Shown in pieces: positions 1 to 16,100 of a stretch of 64,000 nt of DNA. The translations under genes were made by a program, and so were the position numbers. The notes under the pieces are model-generated. The model worked only from the letters and a program-made list of their open reading frames with translations. It made no database searches and was not told where the DNA came from. The stretch is from Centroscyllium fabricii (lineage: Eukaryota). The stretch spans positions 2,418,001-2,482,000 of the forward strand of contig JBNRSN020000089.1 of NCBI GenBank assembly GCA_051313645.2. The letters run 5' to 3'. Position 1 is the stretch's first letter, and each line of letters starts with the position of its first letter.

Positions 1-1299
1 TCAGACATTGTCCATCTGTACAATACATCGGACAATATGCATCTGTGTACAATACATCAGACATTATCCATCTGTGTACAGTACATCAGACAATGTCCAG
101 CTGTGAACAATAAATCATACAATATCCATCTGTAAACAATACATCAGACAATGTCAATCTGTTTACAATACATCAGACAATATCCATCTGTGTACAATAT
201 ATCAGACAATATCCATCTGTGTACAGTATATCAGACAATGTCCATCTGTGTACAATACATCAGACAATATCCATCTGTGTACAATACATCAGACAATGTC
301 CATCTGTGAACAATACATCAGACAATGTCCATATGTGTACAATACATCAGACAATTTCCATCTGTGTAGAGTATATCAGACAATGTCCATCTGTTTACAG
401 TACATCAGACAATGTCCTTCTCTGTACAATACATCAGACAATGTCCATCTGTGAACAATACATCAGACAATATCCATCTGTGAACAACACATCAGACAAT
501 ATCCAACTGTGTACAGTACATCAGACAATGTCCATCTGTACAATACATCAGACAATGTCCATCTGTGTACAATATATCAGACATTATCCACCTGTGTACA
601 ATACATCAGACAATGTCAACCTGTGAACAACACATCAGACAATATCCATCTATGAACAATACATCAGAAAATGTCCATCTGTGTACAATACATCAGACAA
701 TATCCATATATGTACAATACATCAGACAATATCCATCTGTGTACAGTACATCAGACAATATCCATCTGTGTACAATACATCAGACAATGTCCATCTGTGA
801 ACAATACATCAGACAATGTCCATCTGTGAACAATACATCAGACAATGTCCGTCTGTGTACAATACATCAGACAATGTCCATCTGTGTACAATACATCAAA
901 CAATGTCCATCTGTGTACAATACTTCAGACAATGTCCATCTGTGTAGAATACATCAGACAATATCCATCTCTGAACAATACATCAGACAATGTCCATCTG
1001 TGTACAATACATCAGACAATATCCATCTGTGTACAATATATCAGACAATGTCCATCTGTGTACAATACATCAGACAATGTCCATCTGTGAACAATACATC
1101 AGACAATATCCATCTGTGAACAATACATCAGACAATATCCATCTGTGTACAATACATCAGACAATGGCCATCTGTGCAATACATCAGAAAATGTCCATCT
1201 GTGTACAATAAATCAGACATTATACATCTGTATACAATACATCAGAAATTTGTCCATCTGTGAACAATACATCAGACAATATCCATCTATGAAAAATAC

Positions 1300-3950
1300 A
1301 TCAGACAACATCCATCTGTGTACAGTACTTCAGACAATGTCCATCTGTGTACAATACATCAGACCACATCCATCTGTGTACAGTACTTCAGACAATGTCC
1401 ATCTGTGTACAATACTTCAGACAATATCCATCTGTGTACAATATATCAGACAATGTCCATCTGTGAACAATACATCAGACAATGTCCATCTGTGTACAAT
1501 ACTTCAGACAATGTCCATCTGTGTACAGTACATCAGACAATGTCCATCTGTGTATAGTACGTCAGACAATGTCCTTCTTTGAACAGTACATCAGAATATG
1601 TCCATCTGTGTACAATAAATCAGACACTGTCCATCTGTGTACAATACATCAGAAAATGTCCACCAGTGAACAATACATAAGAAAATATCCATCTGTGTAC
1701 AGTACATCAGAGTATGTCCATCTGTGTACAATACATCAGAAAATGTCCATCTGTGAACAACACATAAGACATTATCATTCTGTGTACAATACATCAGACA
1801 TTATCCATCTGTGTACAATACATCAGACATTATCTACCTGTGAACAATACATCAGACAATATCCATCTGTGTACAATACATCAGACAAATGTCCATCTGT
1901 GTACAATACATCAGACAATATCCATCTGTGTACAATACATTAGACAATTTCCATCTGTTTCCAATACATCAGACAATATCCATCTGTGAACAATACATCA
2001 GAAAATGTCCAACTGTGCACAATACATAAGACATTATCAATCTGTGTACAATACATCAGACATTATCCACCATTGTACAATACATCCGACAATATCCATC
2101 TTTGAATAATACATCAGAAAATGTACATCTGTGTACAATACATCAGACATTAGCCTTCTGTGAACAATATATCAGAAAATAACCATCTGTGTACAATACA
2201 TCAGACAATATCCATCTGTGTACAATACATCAGTAAATGTCCATCTGTGTACAATACATCAGACAATATCCATCTGTGTACAATACATAAGACATTATCC
2301 ATCTGTGAACAATACATCAGACATTATCCATCTGTGTACAATATATCAGACATGTTCCATCTGTGAACAAAACATCAGTCTTTATCCATCTGTGTACAAT
2401 CCATCAGACAACATCCATCCGTGTACAATACATCAGAGAATGTCCATCTGTGTACAGTACATCAGACAATATCTATCTGTGAACAATATATCAGACAATG
2501 TCCATTTGTGTACAATACATCAGACAATATCCATCTGTGAACAATACATCAGACAATATCCATCTGTGTACAATACATCAGACATTGTCCATCTGTACAA
2601 TACATCGGACAATGTCCATCTGTGTACAATACATCAGACATTATCCATCTGTGTACAATACATCAGAAATGTGTCCATCTGTGAACAAATCATCAGACAA
2701 TATCCATCTATGAACAATATATCAGACAACATCCATCTGTGTACAGTATTTCAGACAATGTCCATCTGTGTACAATACATCAGACAACATCCATCTGTGT
2801 ACAGTACTTCAGACAATGTCCATCTGTGTACAATACTTCAGACAATATCCATCTGTGTACAATATATCAGACAATGTCCATCTGTGAACAATACATCAGA
2901 CAATGTCCATCTGTGTACAATATTTCAGACAATGTCCATCTGTGTACAATACATCAGACAATGTCCATCTGTGTATAGTACGTCAGACAATGTCCTTCTT
3001 TGAACAGTACATCAGACTATGTTCATCTGTGTACAATAAATCAGACACTGTCCATCTGTGTACAATACATCAGAAAATGTCCACCTGTGAACAATACATA
3101 AGAAAATATCCATCTGTGTACAGTACATCAGAGTATGTCCATCTGTGTACAATACATCAGAAAATGTCCATCTGTGAACAATACATAAGACATTATCCAT
3201 CTGTGTACAATACATCAGACATTATCCATCTGTGTACAATACATCAGACATTATCTACCTGTGAACAACACATCAGACAATATCCATCTGTGTACAATAC
3301 ATCAGACAAATGTCCATCTGTGTACAATACATCAGACAATATCCATCTGTGTACAATACATCAGACAATGTCCATCTGTGTACAATACATCAGACATTAT
3401 CCACCATTGTACAATACATCCGACAATATCCATCTGTGAATAATACATCAGAAAATGTCCATCTGTGTACAATACATCAGACATTAGCCATCTGTGAACA
3501 ATATAGCAGACAATAACAATCTGTGTACAATACATCAGACAATATCCATCTGTGTACAATACATCAGTAAATGTCCATCTGTGTACAATACATCAGACAA
3601 TATCCATCTGTGTACAATACATCAGACATTATCCATCTGTGAACAATACATCAGACATTATCCACCTGTGTACAATACATCAGACATGGTCCATCTGTGA
3701 ACAATACATCAGTCTTTATCCATCTGTGTACAATCCATCAGACAACATCCATCCGTGTACAATACATCAGAGAATGTCCATCTGTGTACAGTACATCAGA
3801 CAATATCTATCTGTGAACAATATATCAGACAATGTCCATCTGTGTACAATACATCAGACAATATCCACCTGTGAACAATACATCAGACAATATCCATCTG
3901 TGTACAATACATCAGGCATTGTCCATCTGTACAATACATCGGACAATGTC
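1300..3950 (+). repeat. ~46-49-monomer HOR pair (offsets 1421 and 1334 bp)
   Basis: Matching ORF starts 1318/2739 and 1482/2903 differ by 1421 (49x29), and 2218/3552 by 1334 (46x29). Marker GTATAGTACGTC occurs at ~1552 and ~2973. Confidence 0.75.
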
Positions 3951-4449
3951 CATCTGTGTACAATACATCAGACATTATCCATCTGTGTACAATACATCAG
4001 ACAATGTCCATCTGTGAACAATAAATCAGACAACATCCATCTGTAAACAATACATCAAACAATGTCCATCTGTTTACAATACATCAGACAATATCCATCT
4101 GTGTACAATATATCAGACAATATCCATCTGTGTACAGTATATCAGACAATGTCCATCTGTGTACAATACATCAGACAATATCCATCTGTGTACAACACAT
4201 TAGACAATGTCCATCTGTGAACAATATATCAGACAATGTCCTCCTGTGTACAATACATCAGACAATGTCCATCTGTGTACAGTACATCTGACAATGTCCA
4301 TCTGTTTACAGTACATCAGACAATGTCCTTCTGTGTAAAATATATCAGACAATGTCCAGCTGTGAACAATACATCAGACAATATCCATCTGTGAACGATA
4401 CATCAGACAATATCCATCTGTGTACAATACATCAGACAATGTCCATCTG

Positions 4450-5730
4450 TACAATACATCAGACAATGTCCATCTGTGTACAATATATATGACATTATCC
4501 ATCTGCAAACAATACATCAGACAATGTCCACCTGTGAACAATACATCAGACAATATCCATCTATGAACAATAAATCAGACAATGTCCATCTGTGTACAAT
4601 ACATCAGACAATATCCATCTGTGTACAATACATCAGACAATATCCATCTGTGTACAGTACATCAGACAATGTCCATCTGTGTACAATACATCAGACTATA
4701 TCCATCTGCGTACAATACATCAGACAATGTCCATCTGTGAACAATACATCAGACAATGTCCATCTGTGTACAATACATCAGACAATGTCCATCTGTGTAC
4801 AATACATCAGACAATGTCCATCTGTGTACAATACGTCAGACAATGTCCATCTGTGTAGAATACATCAGACAATATCCATCTCTGAACAATACATCAGACA
4901 ATGTCCATCTGTGTACAATACATCAGACAATATCCATCTGTGTACACTACATCAGACAATGTCCATCTGTGTACAATACATCAGACAATGTCCATCTGTG
5001 AACAATACATCAGACAATATCCATCTGTGAACAATACATCAGACAATATCCATCTGTGTACAATACATAAGACAATGGCCATCTGTACAATACATCAGAC
5101 AATGTCCATCTGTGTACAATATATCAGACATTATCCATCTGTGTACAATACATCAGACAATGTCCACCTGTGAACAATACATCAGACAATATTTATCTAT
5201 GAACAATAAATCAGACAATGTCCATCTGTGAACAATACATCAGACAATATCCATCTGTGTACAATACATCAGACAATATCCATCTGTGTACAGTACATCA
5301 GACAATGCCTATCTGTGTACAATACATCAGACAATATCCATCTGTATACAATACATCAGACAATGTCCATCTGTGAACAATACATCAGACAATGTCCATC
5401 TGTGTACAATACATCAGACAATGTCCATCTGTGTACAATACATCAGACAATGTCCATCTGTGTACAATACGTCAGACAATGTCCATCTGTGTAGAATACA
5501 TCAGACAATATCCATCTCTGAACAATACATCAGACAATGTCCATCTGTGTACAATACATCAGACAATATCCATCTGTGTACACTACATCAGACAATGTCC
5601 ATCTGTGTACAATAAATCAGACAATGTCCATCTGTGAACAATACATCAGACAATATCCATCTGTGAACAATACATCAGACAATATCCATCTGTGTACAAT
5701 ACATCAGACAATGGCCATCTGTACAATACA
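4450..5730 (+). repeat. 636-bp (22-monomer) tandem duplication; paralogue at ~21490-22770
   Basis: ORF pairs 4756/5392, 4901/5537, 21799/22435 and 21944/22580 all differ by 636 = 22x29-2 (one 27-mer). Confidence 0.8.
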
Positions 5731-8700
5731 TCAGACAATATCCATCTGTATACAATACATCAGACAATGTCCATTTGTGAACAATACATCAGACAATATC
5801 CATCTATGAACAATACATCAGACAACATCCATCTGTGTACAGTACTTCAGACAATGTCCTTCTGTGTACAATACATCAGACAACATCCATCTGTGTACAG
5901 TACTTCAGACAATGTCCCTATGTGTAGATTAATTCGGACAATATCCATCTGTGTACAATATATCAGACAATGTCCATCTGTGAACAATACATCAGACAAT
6001 GTCCATCTGTGTACAATATATCAGACAATGTCCATCTGTGTACAGTACATCAGGCAATGTCCATCTGTGTATAGTACGTCAGACAATGTCCTTCTCTGAA
6101 CAGTACATCAGACTATGTCCATCTGTGTACAATAAATCAGACAATGTCCATCTGTGTACAGTACATCAGATTATGTCCATCTGTGTACAATACATCAGAA
6201 AATGTCCATCTGTGAACAATACATAAGACATTATCCATCTGTATACAATACATCAGACATTATCCATCTGTGTACAATACATCAGAAAATGTCCATCTGT
6301 GAACAATACATAAGACATTATCCATCAGTGTACAATACCTCAGATATTATCTCGTTGTGAACAATACATCAGACAATATCCATCTGTGTACAATACATCA
6401 GACAAATGTCCATCTGTGCACAATACATAAGACATTATCAATCTGTGTACAATACATCAGACATTATCCATCATTGTACAATACATCCGACAATATCCAT
6501 CTGTGAATAATACATCAGAATATGTCCATCTGTGTACAATACATCAGACATTATCCATCTGTGAACAATACATCAGACAATAACCATCTGTGTACAATAC
6601 ATCAGACAATATCCATCTGTGTACAATACATCAGTAAATGTCAATCTGCGTACAATACATCAGACAATATCCATCTGTGTACAATACATCAGACATTATC
6701 GATCTGTGAACAATACATCAGACATTATCCATCTGTAAACAATACATCAGACATGGTCCATCTGTGAACAATATATTAGTCTTTATCCATCTGTGTACAA
6801 TCCATCAGGCAACATCCATCTGTGTACAATACATCAGAGAATGTCAATCTGTGTACAGTACATCAGACAATATCTATCTGTGAACAATATTTCAGACAAT
6901 GTCCATCTGTGTACAATACATCAGACAATATCCATCTGTGTACATTACATCAGACAATTTCAATCTGTGAACAATACATCAGACAATGTCCATCTGTGTA
7001 CAATACATCAGACAATGTCCACATGTGTACAATACGTCAGACAATGTCCATCTGTGTAGAATACATCAGAAAATATCCATCTCTGAACAATACATCAGAC
7101 AATGTCCATCTGTGAACAATACATCAGACAATATCCATCTGTGTACACTACATCAGACAATGTCCATCTGTGTACAATAAATCAGACAATGTCCATCTGT
7201 GAACAATACATCAGACAATATCCATCTGTGAACAATACATCAGACAATATCCATCTGTGAACAATACATCAGACAATGGCCATCTGTACAATACATCAGA
7301 CAATGTCCATCTGTGTACAATACATCAGACATTATCCATCTGTATACAATACATCAGACAATGTCCATTTGTGAACAATACATCAGACAATATCCATCTA
7401 TGAACAATACATCAGACAACATCCATCTGTGTACAGTATTTCAGACAATGTCCATCTGTGTACAATACATCAGACAACATCCATCTGTGTACAGAACTTC
7501 AGACAATGTCCCTCTGTGTAGATTAATTCGGACAATATCCATCTGTGTACAATATATCAGACAATGTCCATCTGTGAACAATACATCAGACAATGTCCAT
7601 CTGTGTACAATATATCAGACAATGTCCATCTGTGTACAGTACATCAGGCAATGTCCATCTGTGTATAGTACGTCAGACAATGTCCTTCTCTGAACAGTAC
7701 ATCAGACTATGTCCATCTGTGTACAATAAATCAGACAATGTCCATCTGTGTACAGTACATCAGATTATGTCCATCTGTGTACAATACATCAGAAAATGTC
7801 CATCTGTGAACAATACATAAGACATTATCCATCTGTATAGAATACATCAGACATTATCCATCTGTGTACAATACATCAGAAAATGTCCATCTGTGAACAA
7901 TACATAAGACATTATCCATCAGTGTACAATACCTCAGATATTATCTAGTTGTGAACAATACATCAGACAATATCCATCTGTGTACAATACAACAGACAAA
8001 TGTCCATCTGTGCACAATACATAAGACATTATCAATCTGTGTACAATACATCAGACATTATACATCATTGTACAATACATCCGACAATATCCATCTGTGA
8101 ATAATACATCAGAATATTTCCATCTGTGTACAATACATCAGACATTATCCATCTGTGAACAATACATCAGACAATAACCATCTGTGTACAATACATCAGA
8201 CAATATCCATCTGTGTACAATACATCAGTAAATGTCAATCTGCATACAATACATCAGACAATATCCATCTGTGTACAATACATCAGACATGGTCCATCTG
8301 TGAACAATATATTAGTCTTTATCCATCTGTGTACAATCCATCAGGCAACATCCATCTGTGTACAATATATCAGAGAATGTCAATCTGTGTACAGTACATC
8401 AGACAATATCTATCTGTGAACAATATTTCAGACAATGTCCATCTGTGTACAATACCTCAGACAATATCCATCTGTGTACATTACATCAGACAATTTCAAT
8501 CTGTGAACAATACATCAGACAATGTCCATCTGTGTACAATACATCAGACAATGTCCATCTGTGTACAATACGTCAGACAATGTCCATCTGTGTAGAATAC
8601 ATAAGACAATATCCATCTCTGAACAATACATCAGACAATGTCCATCTGTGTACAATACATCAGACAATATCCATCTGTGTACACTACATCAGACAATGTC

Positions 8701-9467
8701 CATCTGTGTACAATAAATCAGACAATGTCCATCTGTGAACAATACATCAGACAATATCCATCTGTGAACAATACATCAGACAATATCCATCTGTGAACAA
8801 TACATCAGACAATGGCCATCTGTACAATACATCAGACAATGTCCATCTGTGTACAATACATCAGACATTATCCATCTGTATACAATACATCCGACAATGT
8901 CCATTTGTGAACAATACATCAGACAATATCCATCTATGAACAATACATCAGACAACATCCATCTGTGTACAGTACTTCAGACAATGTCCATCTGTGTACA
9001 ATACATCAGACAACATCCATCTGTGTACAGAACTTCAGACAATGTCCCTCTGTGTAGATTAATTCGGACAATATCCATCTGTGTACAATATATCAGAAAA
9101 TGTCCATCTGTGAACAATACATCAGACAATGTCCATCTGTGTACAATATATCAGACAATGTCCATCTGTGTACAGTACATCAGGCAATGTCCATCTGTGT
9201 ATAGTACGTCAGACAATGTCCTTCTCTGAACAGTACATCAGACTATGTCCATCTGTGTACAATAAATCAGACAATGTCCATCTGTGTACAGTACACCAGA
9301 TTATGTCCATCTGTGTACAATACATCAGAAAATGTCCATCTGTGAACAATACATAAGACATTATCCATCTGTATACAATACATCAGACATTATCCATCTG
9401 TGTACAATACATCAGAAAATGTCCATCTGTGAACAATACATAAGACATTATCCATCAGTGTACAATA
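5400..9467 (+). repeat. 55-monomer (1594-bp) HOR, about three copies, first block
   Basis: Marker TAGATTAATTCGG at 5925, 7519 and 9055 (spacings 1594 and 1536). Confidence 0.9.
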
Positions 9468-12400
9468 TATCAGACAATATCCATCTGTGTACAGTATATC
9501 AGACAATGTCCATCTGTGTACAATACATCAGAAAATATCCATCTGTGTGCAATACATCAGACAATGTCCATCTGTGAACAATACATCAGACAATGTCCAT
9601 CTGTGTACAATACATCATACAATGTCCATCTGTGAACAATACATCCGACAATATCCATCTGTGAACAAAACATCAGACAATATCCATCTGTGTACAGTAC
9701 ATCAGACAATGTCCATCTGTACAATACATCAGACAATGTCCATCTGTGTAAAATATATCAGACATTATCCATCTGTGTACAATACATCAGACAATGTCCA
9801 CCTGTGAACAATACATCAGACAATATCCATCTATGAACAATACATCAGACAATGTCCATCTGTGTACAATACATCTGACAATATACATCTATGTACAATA
9901 CATCAGACAATATCCATCTGTGTACAGTACATCAGACAATATCCATCTGTGTACAATACATCAGACAATGTCCGTCTGTGTACAATACATCAGACAATGT
10001 CCATCTGTGTACAATACATCAGACAATGTCCATCTGTGTACAATACGTCAGACAATGTCCATCTGTGTAGAATACATCAGACAATATCCATCTCTGAACA
10101 ATACATCAGACAATGTCCATCTGTGTACAATACATCAGACAATATCCATCTGTGTACAATACATCAGACAATGTCCATCGAGTACAATACATCAGACAAT
10201 GTCCATCTGTGAACAATACACCAGACAATATCCATCTGTGAACAATACATCAGACATTATCCATCTGTATACAATACATCAGACAATGTCCATCTGTGAA
10301 CAATGCATCAGACAATATCCATCTATGAACAATACATCAGACAACATCCATCTGTGTACAGTACTTCAGACAATGTCCATCTGTGTACAATACATCAGAC
10401 AACATCCATCTGTGTACAGTACTTCAGACAATGTCCATCTGTGTACAATACTTCAGACAATATCCATCTGTGTACAATATATCAGACAATGTCCATCTGT
10501 GAACAATACATCAGACAATGTCCATCTGTGTACAATACTTCAGACAATGTCCATCTGTGTACAGTACATCAGACAATCTGTGTATAGTACGTCAGACAAT
10601 GTCCTTCTTTGAACAGTACATCAGACTATGTCCATCTGTGTACAATAAATCAGACACTGTCCATCTGTGTACAATACATCAGAAAATGTCCACCTGTGAA
10701 CAATACATAAGAAAATATCCATCTGTGTACAGTACATCAGAGTATGTCCATCTGTGTACAATACATCAGAAAATGTCCATCTGTGAACAATACATAAGAT
10801 ATTATCCATCTGTGTACAATACATCAGACATTATCCATCTGTGTACAATACATCAGACATCATCTACCTGTGAACAATACATCAGACAATATCCATCTCG
10901 GTACAATACATCAGACAAATGTCCATCTGTGTACAATACATCAGACAATATCCATCGGTGTACAATACATCAGACAATGTCCATCTGTGTCCAATACATC
11001 AGACAATATCCATCTGTGAACTATACATCAGAAAATGTCCAACTGTGCACAATACATAAGACATTATCAATCTGTGTACAATACATCAGACATTATCCAC
11101 CATTGTACAATACATCCGACAATATCCATCTGTGAATAATACATCAGAAAATATCCATCTGTGTACAATACATCAGACATTATCCATCTGTGAACAATAC
11201 ATCAGACAATAACCATCTGTGTACAATGCATCAGACAATATCCATCTGTGTACAATACATCAGTAAATGTCCATCTGTGTACAATACATCAGACAATATC
11301 AATCTGTGAACAATACATCAGACATTATCCATCTGTGAACAATATATCAGACATTATCCATCTGTGTACAATACATCAGACATGGTCCATCTGTGAACAA
11401 TACATCAGTCTTCATCCATCTGTGTACAATCCATCAGACAACATCCATCTGTGTACAATATATCAGAGAATGTCCATCTGTGTACAGTACATCAGACCAT
11501 ATCTATCTGTGAACAATATATCAGACAATTTCCATCTGTGTACAATACATCAGACAATATCCATCTGTGAACAATACATCAGACAATATCCATCTGTGTA
11601 CAATACATCAGACATTGTCCATCTGTACAATACATCGGACAATGTCCATCTTTGTACAATACATCAGACATTATCCATCTGTGTACAATACATCAGACAA
11701 TGTCCATCTGTGAGCAATAAATCAGACAATATCCATCTGTAAACAATACATCAGACAATGTCCATCTGTTTACAATACATCAGACAATATCCATCTGTGT
11801 ACAATATATCAGACAATATCCATCTGTGTACACTATATCAGACAATGTCCATCTGTGTACAATACATCAGACAATATCCATCTGTGTACAACACATTAGA
11901 CAATGTCCATCTGTTAACAATATATCAGACAATGTCCACCTGTGTACAATACATCAGACAATTGCCATCTGTGTACAGTACATCAGACAATGTCCATCTG
12001 TTTACAGTACATCAGACAATGTCATTCTGTGTACAATACATCAGACAATGTCCAGCTGTGAACAATACATCAGACAATATCCGTCTGCGAACGATACATC
12101 AGACAATATCCATCTGTGCAATACATCAGACAATGTCCATCGGTACAATACATCAGACAATGTCCATCTGTGCACAATATATCAGACATTATCCATCTGT
12201 ATACAATACATCAGAAAATGTCCACCTGTGAACAATAAATCAGACAATATCCATCTATGAACAATACATCAGACAATGTCCATCTGTGTACAATACATCA
12301 GACAATATCCATCTGGGTACAATACATCAGACTATATCCATCTGTGTACAGTACATCAGACAATGTCCATCTGTGTACAATACATCAGACAATATCCATC

Positions 12401-13189
12401 TGTGTACAATACATCAGAAAATGTCCACCTGTGAACAATAAATCAGACAATATCCATCTATGAACAATACATCAGACAATGTCCATCTGTGTACAATACA
12501 TCAGACAATATCCATCTGTGTACAATACATCAGACAATGTCCATCTGTGAACAGTACATCAGACAATGTCCATCTGTGTACAATACTTCAGACAATGTCC
12601 ATCTGTGTACAGTACATCAGACAATCTGTGTATAGTACGTCAGACAATGTCCTTCTTTGAACAGTACATCAGACTATGTCCATCTGTGTACAATAAATCA
12701 GACACTGTCCATCTGTGTACAATACATCAGAAAATGTCCACCTGTGAACAATACATAAGAAAATATCCATCTGTGTACAATACATCAGACAATGTCCATC
12801 TGTTTACAATACATCAGACAATGTCCATCTGTGTACAATACGTCAGACAATGTCCATCTGTGTAGAATACATCAGACAATATCAATCTCTGGACAATAAA
12901 TCAGACAATGGCCATCTGTACAATACATCAGACAATGTCCATCTGTGTACAATACATCAGACATTATCCATCTTTATACAATACATCAGACAATGTCCAT
13001 CTGTGAACAATACATCAGACAATATCCATCTATGAACAATACATCAGACAACATCGATCTGTGTACAGTACATCAGACAATGTCCATCTGTGTACAATAC
13101 ATCAGACAACGTCCATCTGTGAACAATACATCAGACCATATCCATCTGTGAACAATACATCAGACAATATCCATCTGTGTACAATACAT

Positions 13190-16100
13190 CAGACATTATC
13201 CATCTGTGTACAATACATCAGACAATGTCCAGCTGTGAACAATAAATCATACAATATCCATCTGTCAACAATACATCAGACAATGTCCATCTGTTTACAA
13301 TACATCAGACAATATCCATCTGTGTACAATATATCAGACAATATCCATCTGTGTACAGTATATCAGACAATGTCCATCTGTGTACAATACATCAGACAAT
13401 ATCCATCTGTGTACAATACATCAGACAATGTCCATCTGTGAACAATACATCAGACAATGTCCATATGTGTACAATACATCAGACAATTTCCATCTGTGTA
13501 CAGTATATCAGACAATGTCCATCTGTTTACAGTACATCAGACAATGTCCTTCTCTGTACAATACATCAGACAATGTCCATCTGTGAACAATACATCAGAC
13601 AATATCCATCTGTGAACAACACATCAGACAATATCATTCTGTGTACAGTACATCAGACAATGTCCATCTGTACAATACATCAGACAATGTCCATCTGTGT
13701 ACAATATATCAGACATTATCCACCTGTGTACAATACATCAGACAATGTCCACCTGTGAACAACACATCAGACAATATCCATCTATGAACAATACATCAGA
13801 CAATGTCCATCTGTGTACAATACATCAGACAATATCCATATATGTACAATACATCAGACAATATCCATCTGTGTACAGTACATCAGACAATATCCATCTG
13901 TGTACAATACATCAGACAATGTCCATCTGTGAACAATACATCAGACAATGTCCGTCTGTGTACAATACATCAGACAATGTCCATCTGTGTACAATACATC
14001 AAACAATGTCCATCTGTGTACAATACTTCAGACAATGTCCATCTGTGTAGAATACATCAGACAATATCCATCTCTGAACAATACATCAGACAATGTCCAT
14101 CTGTTTACAATACATCAGACAATATCCATCTGTGTACAATATATCAGACAATGTCCATCTGTGTACAATACATCAGACAATGTCCATCTGTGAACAATAC
14201 ATCAGACAATATCCATCTGTGAACAATACATCAGACAATATACATCTGTGTACAATACATCAGACAATGGCCATCTGTGCAATACATCAGAAAATGTCCA
14301 TCTGTGTACAATAAATCAGACATTATACATCTGTATACAATACATCAGAAATTTGTCCATCTGTGAACAATACATCAGACAATATCCATCTATGAACAAT
14401 ACATCAGACAACATCCATCTGTGTACAGTACTTCAGACAATGTCCATCTGTGTACAATATATCAGACCACATCCATCTGTGTACAGTACTTCAGACAATG
14501 TCCATCTGTGTACAATACTTCAGACAATATCCATCTGTGTACAATATATCAGACAATGTCCATCTGTGAACAATACATCAGACAATGTCCATCTGTGTAC
14601 AATACTTCAGACAATGTCCATCTGTGTACAGTACATCAGACAATGTCCATCTGTGTATAGTACGTCAGACAATGTCCTTCTTTGAACAGTACATCAGAAT
14701 ATGTCCATCTGTGTACAATAAATCAGACACTGTCCATCTGTGTACAATACATCAGAAAATGTCCACCTGTGAACAATACATAAGAAAATATCCATCTGTG
14801 TACAGTACATCAGAGTATGTCCATCTGTGTACAATACATCAGCAAATGTCCATCTGTGAACAACACATAAGACATTATCATTCTGTGTACAATACATCAG
14901 ACATTATCCATCTGTGTACAATACATCAGACATTATCTACCTGTGAACAATACATCAGACAATATCCATCTGTGTACAATACATCAGACAAATGTCCATC
15001 TGTGTACAATACATCAGACAATATCCATCTGTCTACAATACATTAGACAATGTCCATCTGTGTCCAATACATCAGACAATATCCATCTGTGAACAATACA
15101 TCAGAAAATGTCCAACTGTGCACAATACATAAGACATTATCAATCTGTGTACAATACATCAGACATTATCCACCATTGTACAATACATCCGACAATATCC
15201 ATCTTTGAATAACACATCAGAAAATGTACATCTGTGTACAATACATCAGACATTAGCCTTCTGTGAACAATATATCAGAAAATAACCATCTGTGTACAAT
15301 ACATCAGACAATATCCATCTGTGTACAATACATCAGTAAATGTCCATCTGTGTACAATACATCAGACAATATCCATCTGTGTACAATACATAAGACATTA
15401 TCCATCTGTGAACAATACATCAGACATTATCCATCTGTGTACAATACATCAGACATGTTCCATCTGTGAACAACACATCAGTATTTATCCATCTGTGTAC
15501 AATCCATCAGACAACATCCATCCGTGTACAATACATCAGAGAATGTCCATCTGTGTACAGTACATCAGACAATATCTATCTGTGAACAATATATCAGACA
15601 ATGTCCATTTGTGTACAATACATCAGACAATATCCATCTGTGAACAATACATCAGACAATATCCATCTGTGTACAATAAATCAGACATTGTCCATCTGTA
15701 CAATACATCGGACAATGTCCATCTGTGTATAATACATCAGACATTATCCATCTGTGTACAATACATCAGAAATGTGTCCATCTGTGAACAAATCATCAGA
15801 CAATATCCATCTATGAACAATATATCAGACAATGTCCATCTGTGTACAATACATTAGACAACATCCATCTGTGTACAGTACTTCAGACAATGTCCATCTG
15901 TGTACAATACTTCAGACAATATCCATCTGTGTACAATATATCAGACAATGTCCATCTGTGAACAATACATCAGACAATGTCCATCTGTGTACAATATTTC
16001 AGACAATGTCCATCTGTGTATAATACATCAGACAATGTCCATCTGTGTATAGTACGTCAGACAATGTCCTTCTTTGAACAGTACATCAGACTATGTTCAT

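Noticed and set aside
2348-2357. p53 half-site AGACATGTTC
   Set aside because: An isolated half-site in a rare variant; the consensus AGACAATGTCC has an extra base and does not fit RRRCWWGYYY.
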